64,000 bases of DNA from an uncultured Pseudomonadota bacterium (GCA_902793695.1 CADBEI010000002.1:10771-74770), one strand, 5' to 3'. Numbered from the stretch's first letter, positions 47,369 through 58,022 are shown. Numbers and translations: made by a program. Notes: generated by a model not told the origin, from the letters alone.

Positions 47369-48619
47369 TTATCTAATCAGTCCGAACTTCTTCTTGCCTT
47401 GGGCGATTTTAACCGCACCGTCGACAATATCGGCTTTGGTGATAACATAGTTCTCGTCGGTTATCGGTTTGCCGTTAATCTTTAATCCGGCTTGTTTAAT
47501 CAGACGACGAGCCTCACCTTTGCTCTCCACAAAACCGATTTGCAAAAAGGCATCTAAAACACCTATACCGGCATTCAAATCGGCATTAAGCGTCGGCAGA
47601 TCATCACCGGCCGTGCCTTGTTCAAAAGTTTTGACAGCCGTTTCCTGTGCTGACTTAGCTTCTGCTTCGCCACGGCAAATTTTGGTAGCTTCAAAGGCCA
47701 GAATCTTTTTGGCTTCGTTGATTTCCTTATCCTGCAATTTTTCCAAACGATAAACTTCTTCCATCGGCAAATCGGTGTATATTCTCAAGCATTTTCCGAC
47801 TTCGGCATCTCCGATGTTGCGGAAGTATTGATAATACTCGTACGACGGCAGTTTATCTTCATTAATCCATACGGCATTACCCTCGGATTTGCCCATTTTT
47901 TTGCCGGACGAATCGGTAATTATCGGGCTGGTAAAGCCGAACAATTCGGTATCGTAACGGCGGCGACCGAGTTCGGTTCCGGAGGTTATATTACCCCATT
48001 GGTCGGCACCGGCAATTTGCGCGCGACAATTATATTTTTGCAACAAAACGCAGAAGTCGTAACCTTGCAACAGCATATAGTTAAATTCCAAAAACGACAT
48101 CGGCTGCTCGCGCTCCAAACGGCTTTTTACACTATCCATGGTCAGCATACGGTTGACCGAATAACAGGTGCCGATGTCGCGCAAAAATTCGAGATAATTA
48201 ACGTTTTTGAACCAATCCCAGTTATCAACCATCAAAGCATCGGTCGGGCCGTCACCGAATTTTAAAAATTTGGAAAACGACTTTTTCAGCCCCTGTGCAT
48301 TGTGTGCCAAAGTAGCTTCATCCAAAAACGGGCGCAACTTATCTTTGCCCGACGGATCGCCGATACGCGCGGTTGCTCCACCCACCAAAGTCAGAGGCTT
48401 ATGCCCGCATTTTTGAAACCAGCGCAACATCATAAGCGGCACAATATGCCCCACGTGCAAGCTGTCTCCGGTCGGATCGGAACCTAAATATCCCACTGCC
48501 GGTTTGCCTGTTTTTTCGCACTCATAAAGGTAGTTATCAAACCCCTCCTCATTGGTGCATTGATTGTAAAAACCGCGCTCCTGCATAATATTCAAAAATT
48601 CCGATTTAAATTTTGTCAT
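47369..48619 (-). CDS. tyrS: Tyrosyl-tRNA synthetase
   Basis: HIGH motif (LHVGHIV), KMSKS motif (KMGKSEGN), GGATARIGDPSGK, C-terminal S4-like domain; 416 aa. Confidence 0.95.
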   Translation of the reverse strand: MTKFKSEFLNIMQERGFYNQCTNEEGFDNYLYECEKTGKPAVGYLGSDPTGDSLHVGHIVPLMMLRWFQKCGHKPLTLVGGATARIGDPSGKDKLRPFLDEATLAHNAQGLKKSFSKFLKFGDGPTDALMVDNWDWFKNVNYLEFLRDIGTCYSVNRMLTMDSVKSRLEREQPMSFLEFNYMLLQGYDFCVLLQKYNCRAQIAGADQWGNITSGTELGRRRYDTELFGFTSPIITDSSGKKMGKSEGNAVWINEDKLPSYEYYQYFRNIGDAEVGKCLRIYTDLPMEEVYRLEKLQDKEINEAKKILAFEATKICRGEAEAKSAQETAVKTFEQGTAGDDLPTLNADLNAGIGVLDAFLQIGFVESKGEARRLIKQAGLKINGKPITDENYVITKADIVDGAVKIAQGKKKFGLIR

Positions 48620-48706
48620 GGGTTATCCTCTGTCCTTTCGTATTTATACCAATTTTTAACGTATACTAGCATATTATTTTACCATTGCAACAGGATTTAA
48701 TTTTTA

Positions 48707-49810
48707 ATGATAATAAAAAGTTTAAATTCACTCGGCGTTTACGGTAATGCGTCGCTAAATTCGGTTGATTTGGCTCTCATCACAACCGACGGCATCGACA
48801 TACAACAATTTATAAAAACCGCGACCATGCACTATCCGGATGAATTATGCCTCGGTATTCGCAAGCTCATTGCACGCAGAGAATGGACCTACGATGAACT
48901 GCGTCAAAATCCGGAAGTTCGCCTGATGCGCGAAAAAATCAGCCGTTTTTATATTGAATGTATCAACGAATTTAAGGTCGATGAAAAAGTAGATTGTTAC
49001 GGTATAGATGGCTTGACCGTATTCAGCAATCCGGCGGAAAAATGTTCGTATCAGTTAGAAAACGGCAGTATGCTGGGTAACGCTTTGGAACATAATGTTG
49101 TCACACACTTTCACCGTGCCGATTTGCTCTCCGGCGGACAGGCCTCGCCACTGTATCCGGCATTTATCGATTATTTGGGGCAAACGGTGGAAAAACCGGC
49201 GCTGTTTATTACGGTTGATACGGTTGCCAGTTTAATCTATATCGGGCAATCCGGCGAATTATCGGCTTTTGACTGTGCGCCGGCAACCGCCATGATTGAA
49301 GATTGGACTTTTCGCCATGCCAATATGCAAACGGATTATAACGGCAAATTAGCAATTACGGGCAAAGCCGACACGCAAATTGTGGAATCGTTGCTCAAGC
49401 ATAAACTGCTGAAAAGAATGCCGCCGAAAGCCTTGGATATTATGTGCTTTTCCGATAAAAAAGAACATCTGGAAGGATTGTCGCTCGAAGACGGTGCGGC
49501 CACCGCCACCGTATTTATTGCCGAGGCGATTTATCAGGCGGCTTTTGATTTTCTGCCGCGAATTCCGTCAAATATTTACATCTGTGGTGAGGGTTGTAAA
49601 AATCCGACTTTGTTGCGTTTTATTAAGCAGAATTTTGCGCCGCGCGAAGTTCATCTTGTCAACGAACTTAATGAAAACATAATTGCGACGGGTGCGCAAT
49701 CAACGGCCTTTAACGCGGTGCGCCGTTTATACGGTCTGCCTTTGACCTACCCGACAACAACCGGAACTTATGAACCGATGAGCGGAGGAGAAATTTATGA
49801 AAAAATCTGA
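48707..49810 (+). CDS. anmK: Anhydro-N-acetylmuramic acid kinase-like
   Basis: 367 aa with overall AnmK-like layout. The N-terminal motif is degenerate (GVYGNASLNSVDLAL versus the usual GLMSGTSLDGVD). The C-terminus has GGGxxN-like CGEGCKNPTL. Confidence 0.65.
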   Translation: MIIKSLNSLGVYGNASLNSVDLALITTDGIDIQQFIKTATMHYPDELCLGIRKLIARREWTYDELRQNPEVRLMREKISRFYIECINEFKVDEKVDCYGIDGLTVFSNPAEKCSYQLENGSMLGNALEHNVVTHFHRADLLSGGQASPLYPAFIDYLGQTVEKPALFITVDTVASLIYIGQSGELSAFDCAPATAMIEDWTFRHANMQTDYNGKLAITGKADTQIVESLLKHKLLKRMPPKALDIMCFSDKKEHLEGLSLEDGAATATVFIAEAIYQAAFDFLPRIPSNIYICGEGCKNPTLLRFIKQNFAPREVHLVNELNENIIATGAQSTAFNAVRRLYGLPLTYPTTTGTYEPMSGGEIYEKI

Positions 49811-50534
49811 AAAAATAACTCTGAATGTGCAAAATTTATGCAAAAATTACGGGGAGATACAAGCCTCCGATAACCTGAACTTCAAAGCCGAAATCGGCGA
49901 AGTTATAGCTTTACTCGGACCGAACGGAGCCGGAAAATCGACCTTAATGAATATGATTGCCGGCTATTTGGCACCGACTTCCGGCAAAATCGAGGTATTA
50001 GGTAAAAACATTGCGCAATATCCGATTTTTGCTAAAGAGAATATCGGTTTTTTGCCGGAGGGTGCGCCACTGTATGCCGATCTCACGGTCAAGCGCTTTT
50101 TGTTGTATATGGCACAACTGCGCGGACTGGGCAAAGAAGCCGTGCAAAACGCAGCCGAAATCGCCAATATAACCGATGTGTTCGCGCAAAAGGTGGAAAC
50201 ATTATCCAAAGGGTATCAGCGCCGCGTCGGTTTTGCGCAAAGCATTTTGAGTAACCCGCCGATTTTGCTTTTGGATGAGCCTACCGACGGTCTGGATCCG
50301 AACCAAAAAGATTATATCCGCGCCCTGATTAAAAAGATGGCAAAAAACAAAACCATTGTTATTTCAACACACTTGCTTGATGAAGCCGAATCAATATGCA
50401 ATCGCATTATTTTGTTGGATAAAGGATGTATAAAAGCCGACGGCACCGCGCAAGATTTGTTAAAGCAAACCAAAACCCGAGATATTGCCGCAGCTTTCCG
50501 CAAATTAACACAAAAGGAGAATCCTAATGACTAA
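49797..50534 (+). CDS. ABC transporter ATP-binding protein (ABC-2/GldA-like)
   Basis: Walker A GPNGAGKST, signature LSKGYQRRVGFA, Walker B ILLLDEPTDGLD. Confidence 0.85.
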   Translation: MKKSEKITLNVQNLCKNYGEIQASDNLNFKAEIGEVIALLGPNGAGKSTLMNMIAGYLAPTSGKIEVLGKNIAQYPIFAKENIGFLPEGAPLYADLTVKRFLLYMAQLRGLGKEAVQNAAEIANITDVFAQKVETLSKGYQRRVGFAQSILSNPPILLLDEPTDGLDPNQKDYIRALIKKMAKNKTIVISTHLLDEAESICNRIILLDKGCIKADGTAQDLLKQTKTRDIAAAFRKLTQKENPND

Positions 50535-53500
50535 AGTTTTGACCGTTATCAAAAACGAACTTATTCGTTATTTTGTGTCACCGCTTGCTTATGTTTATTT
50601 ATTCTGCTTTGTGATTCTCAACGCCTCGTTTGCCACTTATTTCGGTGACTTTTTCAACCGCGGTCAAGCTGATTTATTGCCTATGTTTGCATTTCAACCT
50701 TGGCTGTATCTGCTATTTATTCCGGGAATTTCGATGCGCTTATGGGCCGAAGAATTTCATTCCAAAACCATTGTACAGATTGCCACCATGCCGGTTTCCA
50801 TTACGGCTCTGGTGCTCGGAAAATTTTTTGCCGCATGGATTTTCAGCGGTATTGCCTTGTTGCTTACTTTTCCGTTTTGGATTACGATAAATGCACTCGG
50901 TACTCCGGATAATTTTGTGATATTTATGGGGTATTGCGCCAGCTTTATTTTGGCCGGTTGTATGCTTGCCGTTTCGCAAATTATGTCGGCGCTGACCAAA
51001 AATCAGATTATTGCGCTGGTTTTGGCGGTGATTGCCAATTTGCTGTTTTTCTGGAGCGGTATTGAATACGTGTTGTCATTTTTCCGCCTGTTTCTGCCGG
51101 ATACGGTTATTGATGTTATTGCTTCATTCAGTTTTATTACGCACTTCAATACCATAACTCACGGATCGTTGGCATTAAGTGACATTATTTTCTTTTTATC
51201 TCTGATAATATTCGGCAATTACACAACGATTTTGATCATCAATTTCAAAACTGCGGGAACTTCGGGGTGGTTAAAATCAAGTAGCAAAAGTTATACCATA
51301 ACCGCATGGCTACTGTTGTTAATCGGCTTTTTCGGTATCAATATCATATCGGATAATTTGGCGACTGCTCTGCAGTACGACGGCACTGCCGAAAAGAATT
51401 TCACACTGACGGAAAATACCGAAGAAATATTGAAAAACCTTAAAGAACCGGTTATGGCAAGACTGTATTTTTCACCGGTTTTGGAACAGCGTAATTCCCA
51501 GTTGCGCGAGCAATTCGACAATATTCGCATTTTGTTGCATAAATACAAAAGTGTATCGGACGGAAATTTTGATTATAAAATTTATTATCCGGAATTTTTA
51601 AGCAAAGAGGAAGATTTGGCTATTGCCGATGGTGTGCAATCAATCCCGTTGATTGACGTGAATCAGACTGCTCTGTTCGGAATGACGGTCGAAGACAGTT
51701 TGCAGAACAAAGCCGTTATTCCGTTTTTTGCTACCAGTCAGTTTGGTCGTTTGGAACAGGATATTACATCAAAAATTCATCAGCTTTCAATAGATAAGAA
51801 AAAAATCGGTATTTTAAGCAGTATTCCGGTTTTTGGTCGTGATTTGGAAGCAGACGGCGCCATCTTTGACGACACGTGGGAAATTATAAAAATGTTGGAT
51901 GAAAGTTATCACGTTCACCGCATTATGGCTCCCGACGATTTTGATAAATATAAGTTTGACGCGGTAATAATTATTTATCCGAAACATTTGACCGAGGATA
52001 CTCTAAACAAAGTTAAAGACTATGCCCAAAGTGGCGGCAAAATCGTGTTGATTTTGGATCCGGCAAACGAAGCATCGCGCTTATATGCGCCGGTGGCAGG
52101 AAACTTGGAGCCTTCGGATTCCGAATTTTTTGAAAATCTTTGGAATTTCAAGTTTTATAAAGATTTTGTGGTGGCCGACTTGGAAAATTCCATTACGGTA
52201 GATGCTACTACCGACTACAATAAAAATCCGGTGTTTTCTCAAGATGTAATTCAGTTCCGTTTGCACGCTGATGCGATGAATCCGAAACATCCGATTACCC
52301 GTAATCTGCAAGAAATAATGATGGCTTCGGCTTCGGCAATTATGCCTGACTTGCAAAAATATCGCGAAAATAAGATTGTGTTTTATCCGCTGCTTAAGGC
52401 CGGATATATTTCAGCAATGGTTCCGGCAAGCAACGTTATCGACGGACTGAATCCGCAGGATATTCTCGAGAATTTTCAACCGGACGAAAACAATAAATTT
52501 CTGGCTGCCGAAATCATCGGTTTGGAGCCGGAAAACCCGTACGATGTGGTTGTTTTTACCGATTCCGACTTTTTGTATGACCGCTTTTGGATGGATAAAG
52601 TGTATTTGCTGGATAGCGAATACGTTACGGCAATTTTTGATAATGCCAACTTATTGCTCAATGCCGTTGATTATCTGACAGGCGATAAATCTCTCCTCGG
52701 TTTGCGCGGAAAACGTGCGCGAGAGCGGCGTTTTGACGATATTGAATTGATGCGACGCATAAATTCTTTGCAATATAAGCAAAAAGAACGGAAGATTTTT
52801 GATAAAATAGAAGAAGCCAAGCGTTCTCTGCAAGAAGTTTGGAGCAAAAAAGAATTTGAAGGACGCGAAAACTTTACTGCCGACGAGATGGCGGCTCTGT
52901 CGCAAATCAGAACGCGTCTGACCGAATATAAAAAGCAATTAAGTGAAGTGCGCAGTCAGGCATTCAACGATATTAAAACCGTGGCCGCCAAAATAAACTT
53001 TCTTAATATCTGGGTATTGCCTATATGTTTCGGAATCATTTTGTTGCTGATTTTATGCATTCGCTTTATCCGGCGCAAAAAAACTCTTACTTTCGGCTTA
53101 CACCTCAACCGGAGACTGTGCGTGTTGGCAGGTATCTGCTCGGGCATATTTGTTTGTGCGTTGCTTTCACTATATGTCATTAATCGCAGCAGTATTGATG
53201 CTTATGAAAACAAACCGGTATTTCCGCAACTTACGGCGCAACTTAACCGGATTGATAATGTTGTTTTGAAAACAAATAAAACCGAACTTAACTTTAAGCT
53301 AAAAGACGGAATATGGGTATTGGAAAATATGCCGCACCTGCCGGTATATCAGGAACGTATCCGTCGACTTTTAACCACTGTTGCCGACGCGCGCTATTTT
53401 GCCCGTAAAAGCAATAAAGCCGAAAATCTGGCAATGTTTAATTTGCTGCCGATTGAAGATGAAAAATCCAAAGTTATTTCCGTTGATTTAAACAGTGGTG

Positions 53501-54000
53501 AAGAGATAATACAACACTTCCTGTTGGGTAATGTCAATATTGACATTGGGCGCAGTGCCAAAGCCGCCTATATGCGCTTTGACGACCAATTTCAGGTTTG
53601 GGAAATCAGTGCCGATTTTGTGGATATGGATTTGGATTGGCATAAATGGACTTACTCCAATATTTGGGATTTGCGCTATGGCAGACCGTATGACCGTTAT
53701 CAAAATCCTAATGACGAAATGTATTTGGCCAATTTGATAAAGGTTCTGCTGAATGTGCCATTTGAAGAAATAATCGATAAACCTGCCGGCGAGCCGCAAA
53801 AAATCCTAAAACTCGATATTGAGGGCGGCAATTATGTTGATATTGCGTTTTATAAAACCGCGGATAAAGCATATATTACTTATAGTCAAGACAAGAATAA
53901 TCCCAACAGACATTTAAAACTGTTGCAACAGTTCTTAGGTGATAAGGCGGCGGTTATCGATATGAAAAAAATGGAGATGCTTCTTGAAATTATCAAATAA
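50527..54000 (+). CDS. Fused ABC-2 permease (GldF-like) + GldG-like auxiliary domain + C-terminal extension
   Basis: aa 1-270 form a six-helix ABC-2 permease. aa ~290-800 are GldG-like (VMARLYFSPVLEQRNSQLREQFDNIRILLHKY...). Two TM helices sit near aa 830-890, followed by ~270 aa that may correspond to DUF4340. Confidence 0.65.
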   Translation: MTKVLTVIKNELIRYFVSPLAYVYLFCFVILNASFATYFGDFFNRGQADLLPMFAFQPWLYLLFIPGISMRLWAEEFHSKTIVQIATMPVSITALVLGKFFAAWIFSGIALLLTFPFWITINALGTPDNFVIFMGYCASFILAGCMLAVSQIMSALTKNQIIALVLAVIANLLFFWSGIEYVLSFFRLFLPDTVIDVIASFSFITHFNTITHGSLALSDIIFFLSLIIFGNYTTILIINFKTAGTSGWLKSSSKSYTITAWLLLLIGFFGINIISDNLATALQYDGTAEKNFTLTENTEEILKNLKEPVMARLYFSPVLEQRNSQLREQFDNIRILLHKYKSVSDGNFDYKIYYPEFLSKEEDLAIADGVQSIPLIDVNQTALFGMTVEDSLQNKAVIPFFATSQFGRLEQDITSKIHQLSIDKKKIGILSSIPVFGRDLEADGAIFDDTWEIIKMLDESYHVHRIMAPDDFDKYKFDAVIIIYPKHLTEDTLNKVKDYAQSGGKIVLILDPANEASRLYAPVAGNLEPSDSEFFENLWNFKFYKDFVVADLENSITVDATTDYNKNPVFSQDVIQFRLHADAMNPKHPITRNLQEIMMASASAIMPDLQKYRENKIVFYPLLKAGYISAMVPASNVIDGLNPQDILENFQPDENNKFLAAEIIGLEPENPYDVVVFTDSDFLYDRFWMDKVYLLDSEYVTAIFDNANLLLNAVDYLTGDKSLLGLRGKRARERRFDDIELMRRINSLQYKQKERKIFDKIEEAKRSLQEVWSKKEFEGRENFTADEMAALSQIRTRLTEYKKQLSEVRSQAFNDIKTVAAKINFLNIWVLPICFGIILLLILCIRFIRRKKTLTFGLHLNRRLCVLAGICSGIFVCALLSLYVINRSSIDAYENKPVFPQLTAQLNRIDNVVLKTNKTELNFKLKDGIWVLENMPHLPVYQERIRRLLTTVADARYFARKSNKAENLAMFNLLPIEDEKSKVISVDLNSGEEIIQHFLLGNVNIDIGRSAKAAYMRFDDQFQVWEISADFVDMDLDWHKWTYSNIWDLRYGRPYDRYQNPNDEMYLANLIKVLLNVPFEEIIDKPAGEPQKILKLDIEGGNYVDIAFYKTADKAYITYSQDKNNPNRHLKLLQQFLGDKAAVIDMKKMEMLLEIIK

Positions 54001-54916
54001 AAAATTTAGCGAATCGCAATACAAATTCGTAGCTGCAAGCGCCAGTATCACCACCGCCTGTCTGTTGACAATCATTAAGGCCGCAGCCTCTTTCGCGACC
54101 GGTTCGTTGGCAATATTGTCTTCAACCGCGGACAGTTTGGCCGACATCTTGTCTTCAGTCATAACTTTTATTGCCGTAACTTATTCCAATAAACCGCTGA
54201 CTTGTGACCATCGCTACGGTTATGGCAAAGCCGAAGCGGTGAGTGCACTCATTCAGGCCGCATTTATCAGCGGTTCGGCGTGTTTTATTTTATATGATGC
54301 GGTGTATCGTTTTTTTCATCCGGTTGTTTTGGAACATACTTTTGCCGGTATTTGCGTTATGCTCATCAGTATGTTGCTGACTCTGACATTAATTATTTTG
54401 CAAAAATATATCATTCGCCGCGTACAATCGCAGGCCATTGAGGCCGACCATTCTCATTATGTCATAGATTTGGCCGCCAATACCTCCGTTTTACTTTCTT
54501 TATTGATTATACATTATTTACAATGGGAGTGGTTTGACATTCTGGCAGCAATATTTATTTCGTGCTATTTACTGATTACCGCTTTGAAAATTGCCGAAAA
54601 GGCACTGGCGGAGATTACCGATAAAGAAGTTGATGCCAAAATTAAGGCCGATATTGTGCGCGAAATTATGCAAACCGAAGGAGTTATGGGATATCACGAT
54701 TTGCGCTCGCGTTTTTCCGGTCCACGACTCTTTGTGGAAATTCACTTGGAGTTTGCGGGAGATTTGCCGTTGCTGACAACTCATGAAATTGCCGAGCGTG
54801 CCGAACAAAAAATAACGGCTATATATCCGAATGCCCAGATAATTATTCATCAGGATCCTTACGGTATTGAAGAAAAACGTATAGACAGCGGAATAGAAGG
54901 TCCGTGCGCATTATGA
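53984..54916 (+). CDS. Cation diffusion facilitator (FieF/CzcD-like) transporter
   Basis: TTG start. Motifs GSLAILSSTADSLADILSS and DHSHYVIDLAAN, six TM helices, C-terminal cytoplasmic domain (VMGYHDLRSRFSGPRLFVEIHLEF). Confidence 0.8.
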   Translation: MKLSNKKFSESQYKFVAASASITTACLLTIIKAAASFATGSLAILSSTADSLADILSSVITFIAVTYSNKPLTCDHRYGYGKAEAVSALIQAAFISGSACFILYDAVYRFFHPVVLEHTFAGICVMLISMLLTLTLIILQKYIIRRVQSQAIEADHSHYVIDLAANTSVLLSLLIIHYLQWEWFDILAAIFISCYLLITALKIAEKALAEITDKEVDAKIKADIVREIMQTEGVMGYHDLRSRFSGPRLFVEIHLEFAGDLPLLTTHEIAERAEQKITAIYPNAQIIIHQDPYGIEEKRIDSGIEGPCAL

Positions 54917-56569
54917 TTTTCGATTTTGTTTCGGTTTCAGCGGAATCTTGATTTTAAATTCCGTCCCTTTGCCGATTGTGCTTTTTACATTGATTGTTCC
55001 GCCGACCTTAGCCACCAGACTGTTAACAATTGCCAATCCCAATCCGGAACTTTTGCCGCCGGCCGTATAGAACGGCTCAAAAATTCGCTGCAGCTTATTC
55101 GCTTCAATGCCGACACCGGTATCGCCGACCGTAACGACTGCCTGTCCGTTTTGTTTGCGCCCGGTTATTTTCAAAATACCTCCGTCTTGCATTGCCTTTA
55201 AGGCATTTTGCGCCAAATTCAGAAGCATCATTTTGAAATCCGCCTCGTTGCCGATAAAAGTAAGATTATCCTCAACTTCATAATCGCACTCGATACCACT
55301 GCGTTTAGCCTCATAATCTACCATCAGGATGATATCTCTAACCGCCATCTTTACGTCTATCACGTCGTTTTCCTTTTCGGAGTATTGCGCCAATTTCAGC
55401 AATCTTTCCGGTATTTGCATAGCCTCTTTAAGCTGTTTGTCGGCCATATCCAAATATTTAAAATAATCCTTATTAATGGCGGCACGCAGTTCATCATCGC
55501 TTAAAATACCTTCCAAAATCAGTCCGATTGCACCTAAATTATTCTTCATTTCGTGTGCCAAAGAAGTGGAAAGAAATGCCAGAGAAGAAACTTTTTGCTG
55601 GTGTGAATAACGTATGTCGGAACTCAAATCGTGAATAGCCTCAATTATGTAGTATTCATCCTCTTTCGGCCCGAAATTAAGTTTGGCGGCATTAACATAC
55701 AACGGGACTTTATTAACCTCGTGAATAGCGTGAAATTCGTTTTTATTTTCTTTTATGTATTTTATCGGGCAATTATAATGACTTTGCGGACAAGTTTCGC
55801 AATCATAACCGTATGCCGCGTGACATTTTTGGCCGACGCACGGAGATTTCAGATGAAGTTGTTTATAAAACGCCGTATTAGCCATAATAACATTGTAATT
55901 CAAATCTATCACACGAATTCCGTCCGGAATGGCATCGATAAGTTGTTGCAAAAAATGTTCACGCATTTGAGTTTGTGCAATATTATCTTCAATGCTGTCC
56001 AACATTTGATTGTATGTCCTATATAAAATATCAAACTCGTCTTGCAACAATTTGCTTTTATTGAGCGGCAAGCGACGAGAAAAAACGCCGGAAGACACAT
56101 CGTTGCTGATATCTATAAGTTTGTTCAGCGGATGTATTACCCAGCGGTCCAAAAATATCACCAACAGCAAAATCAGCAACAACACCACAAACAAGCCTAT
56201 CAGCACAATTTTGGCGCCGACGATTATTGCTTCCTGATTGCTGTTATAATTTTTGCGCAATTCTTCGTTAAGATTCTGCTCTTTGGTCAGCTCACGTTGA
56301 ATTATATCTATTTTTTCGCCGCTGGCATCATAATATTTATTTTCCAAAAGCTTGGGATTCTGCCGAGCAATTTCCGAAACAATGCTTTGCAGTTGAACAT
56401 TATCTATCAGCAAATCAACCACATATTGATTGCGCAAATATACCGAGTTGCGGTTATCTTGCATTTTTTGGCTGTAAAAGTTGATGAAAATATCAAAAAA
56501 TACGACAATCAATAAAATGGTGAAAATAAACAGACTGTAAAGAATCTTTTTATTTAAGCTGATAAACAT
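54911..56569 (-). CDS. Sensor histidine kinase (2 TM, HAMP, Cys-rich PAS-like, HisKA, HATPase_c)
   Basis: The ATG at 56569 is preferred over the TTG at 56614, which overlaps the upstream gene. H-box LSTSLAHEMKNNLG, N-box LLNLAQNALKAM, G-boxes VGDTGVGI and GLGLAIV. Confidence 0.8.
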   Translation of the reverse strand: MFISLNKKILYSLFIFTILLIVVFFDIFINFYSQKMQDNRNSVYLRNQYVVDLLIDNVQLQSIVSEIARQNPKLLENKYYDASGEKIDIIQRELTKEQNLNEELRKNYNSNQEAIIVGAKIVLIGLFVVLLLILLLVIFLDRWVIHPLNKLIDISNDVSSGVFSRRLPLNKSKLLQDEFDILYRTYNQMLDSIEDNIAQTQMREHFLQQLIDAIPDGIRVIDLNYNVIMANTAFYKQLHLKSPCVGQKCHAAYGYDCETCPQSHYNCPIKYIKENKNEFHAIHEVNKVPLYVNAAKLNFGPKEDEYYIIEAIHDLSSDIRYSHQQKVSSLAFLSTSLAHEMKNNLGAIGLILEGILSDDELRAAINKDYFKYLDMADKQLKEAMQIPERLLKLAQYSEKENDVIDVKMAVRDIILMVDYEAKRSGIECDYEVEDNLTFIGNEADFKMMLLNLAQNALKAMQDGGILKITGRKQNGQAVVTVGDTGVGIEANKLQRIFEPFYTAGGKSSGLGLAIVNSLVAKVGGTINVKSTIGKGTEFKIKIPLKPKQNRKS

Positions 56570-56585
56570 AGCGGTTATCCTTTTT

Positions 56586-57491
56586 TCAGTGTTTGTCTGC
56601 CGACTTGTAATCAATCAGTTGCGGATATTGATCGGTATACGCCAGTTTATAATACGAAAGTGTGTAATCAATCATTCCGCCGATATTTTTCAAATTGCTG
56701 TCGTGCATCATCTGTGCCGCCACGTTTACCCCGTTCGGTGCTTGGCTCATCCGACGTTGAAACAGGCGCGTATGGCGAAAATAATCGTAGTCAATGCTCG
56801 AATTTATGTGCAACGCTCGCGCTCTTATGCTATCTTCGAGATTGGAGAACACTTTGTATCGATAGTCGGAATCGGGATCATCTTTCGGTCGCACCCCTTG
56901 ATTGGTGTACCATACTTCCTCGCGATACAGGGAGTTTTCTTCCGTTGCCAGACGTGATTTTCCCCAGTCGGAATAGATGATGGCCGTGGAAATCATAATT
57001 GAAGCCGGTATGATATCAACTTTTTCAAGCAATTGTTTGATTAAAACTCTGGCACGCGACGGCTGCTCCTTAATGGTGGTAAATGCGTCGTATTTTTCGG
57101 CGGTGGTATCGATAACTCCATATTCCGCGACGGTTAAAGCGCCGGTTTCTCTTATTTTTTTATACATCCGCATAAGTTCGCTCCGTTCAGCCGTTATTTC
57201 TTCATTTATTTTAAGCACCAGCGGCAACAATATGCGAATAAAAGTCCTATTTTTGGCAGCGTTTTCAGGTGAATCGCGCCAATCATACGGTAAATGCTGA
57301 AAATAAATCCGCGGAATCTCGGCACCGGCCTTGGTATAATCATAAGGGTGCTGCCGAAAAAACAATTTTACCTCGTCGGTCGAAGATTTTTTCACTATCA
57401 GTGCTCCGTCCGCTTCTTCCGTAATCATTTCGGCAAAGGCGGCGGTTGCGGCAAAAATCCAACAAAACAAAATTATTGAGCAATATTTCAC
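56586..57491 (-). CDS. Secreted glucosaminidase-domain (Bax/FlgJ-like) protein
   Basis: Signal peptide (IILFCWIFAATAAFA). SDWGKSRLATEENSLY resembles the ESGWGxSxxAxxxNNxFG glucosaminidase motif. Confidence 0.45.
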   Translation of the reverse strand: MKYCSIILFCWIFAATAAFAEMITEEADGALIVKKSSTDEVKLFFRQHPYDYTKAGAEIPRIYFQHLPYDWRDSPENAAKNRTFIRILLPLVLKINEEITAERSELMRMYKKIRETGALTVAEYGVIDTTAEKYDAFTTIKEQPSRARVLIKQLLEKVDIIPASIMISTAIIYSDWGKSRLATEENSLYREEVWYTNQGVRPKDDPDSDYRYKVFSNLEDSIRARALHINSSIDYDYFRHTRLFQRRMSQAPNGVNVAAQMMHDSNLKNIGGMIDYTLSYYKLAYTDQYPQLIDYKSADKH

Positions 57492-58022
57492 TTATTTTGC
57501 CTCCATTTGCTTAATTTCTTTGATTTGCGGCATATAGCGCAGAAAAGTCCGCATAACCACATTCCGTAAAGTATTTTCCGCATACGGACAACCGGCACAA
57601 TGTCCGGTGAAAGACAGTTCCATAACGCCGTCTTTGATACAATGAATGGTAATATCCCCGTTATCGCGATTCAAAGTCGGACGAATCAAAGCATCGGCCA
57701 ATGCTTCGGCGCACTGAATTTCGGTTGTTGCGGATAAATTATCCGGTACGACATACGGCGCGGAAAAATAATCATCAATTTCCGACATAACCAGCATTTT
57801 TATTTCTTCAATATCTGCATCGGGACTATGGCGAACAGAGATCAAATCAGATGTAATCAATAAGCGTTCCACTCCCGCAAGCTCCGAAATATTTTTGCTT
57901 AAATCCGTACCGGGTTCATCTTCAGAAGCGGCAACACAAAACACGCCCGCGATTTTTATCGTTTCAGCCGGATAAAAATTGATGATGTGATTTTTTATCT
58001 GTGTTTCTAATTTAATCTGCAT
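57492..58022 (-). CDS. Nfu/NifU-like Fe-S cluster scaffold/carrier
   Basis: Nfu_N-like N-terminal half and NifU C-terminal domain (IRPTLNRDNGDITIHCIKDGVMELSFTGHCAGCPYAENTL). Confidence 0.75.
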   Translation of the reverse strand: MQIKLETQIKNHIINFYPAETIKIAGVFCVAASEDEPGTDLSKNISELAGVERLLITSDLISVRHSPDADIEEIKMLVMSEIDDYFSAPYVVPDNLSATTEIQCAEALADALIRPTLNRDNGDITIHCIKDGVMELSFTGHCAGCPYAENTLRNVVMRTFLRYMPQIKEIKQMEAK

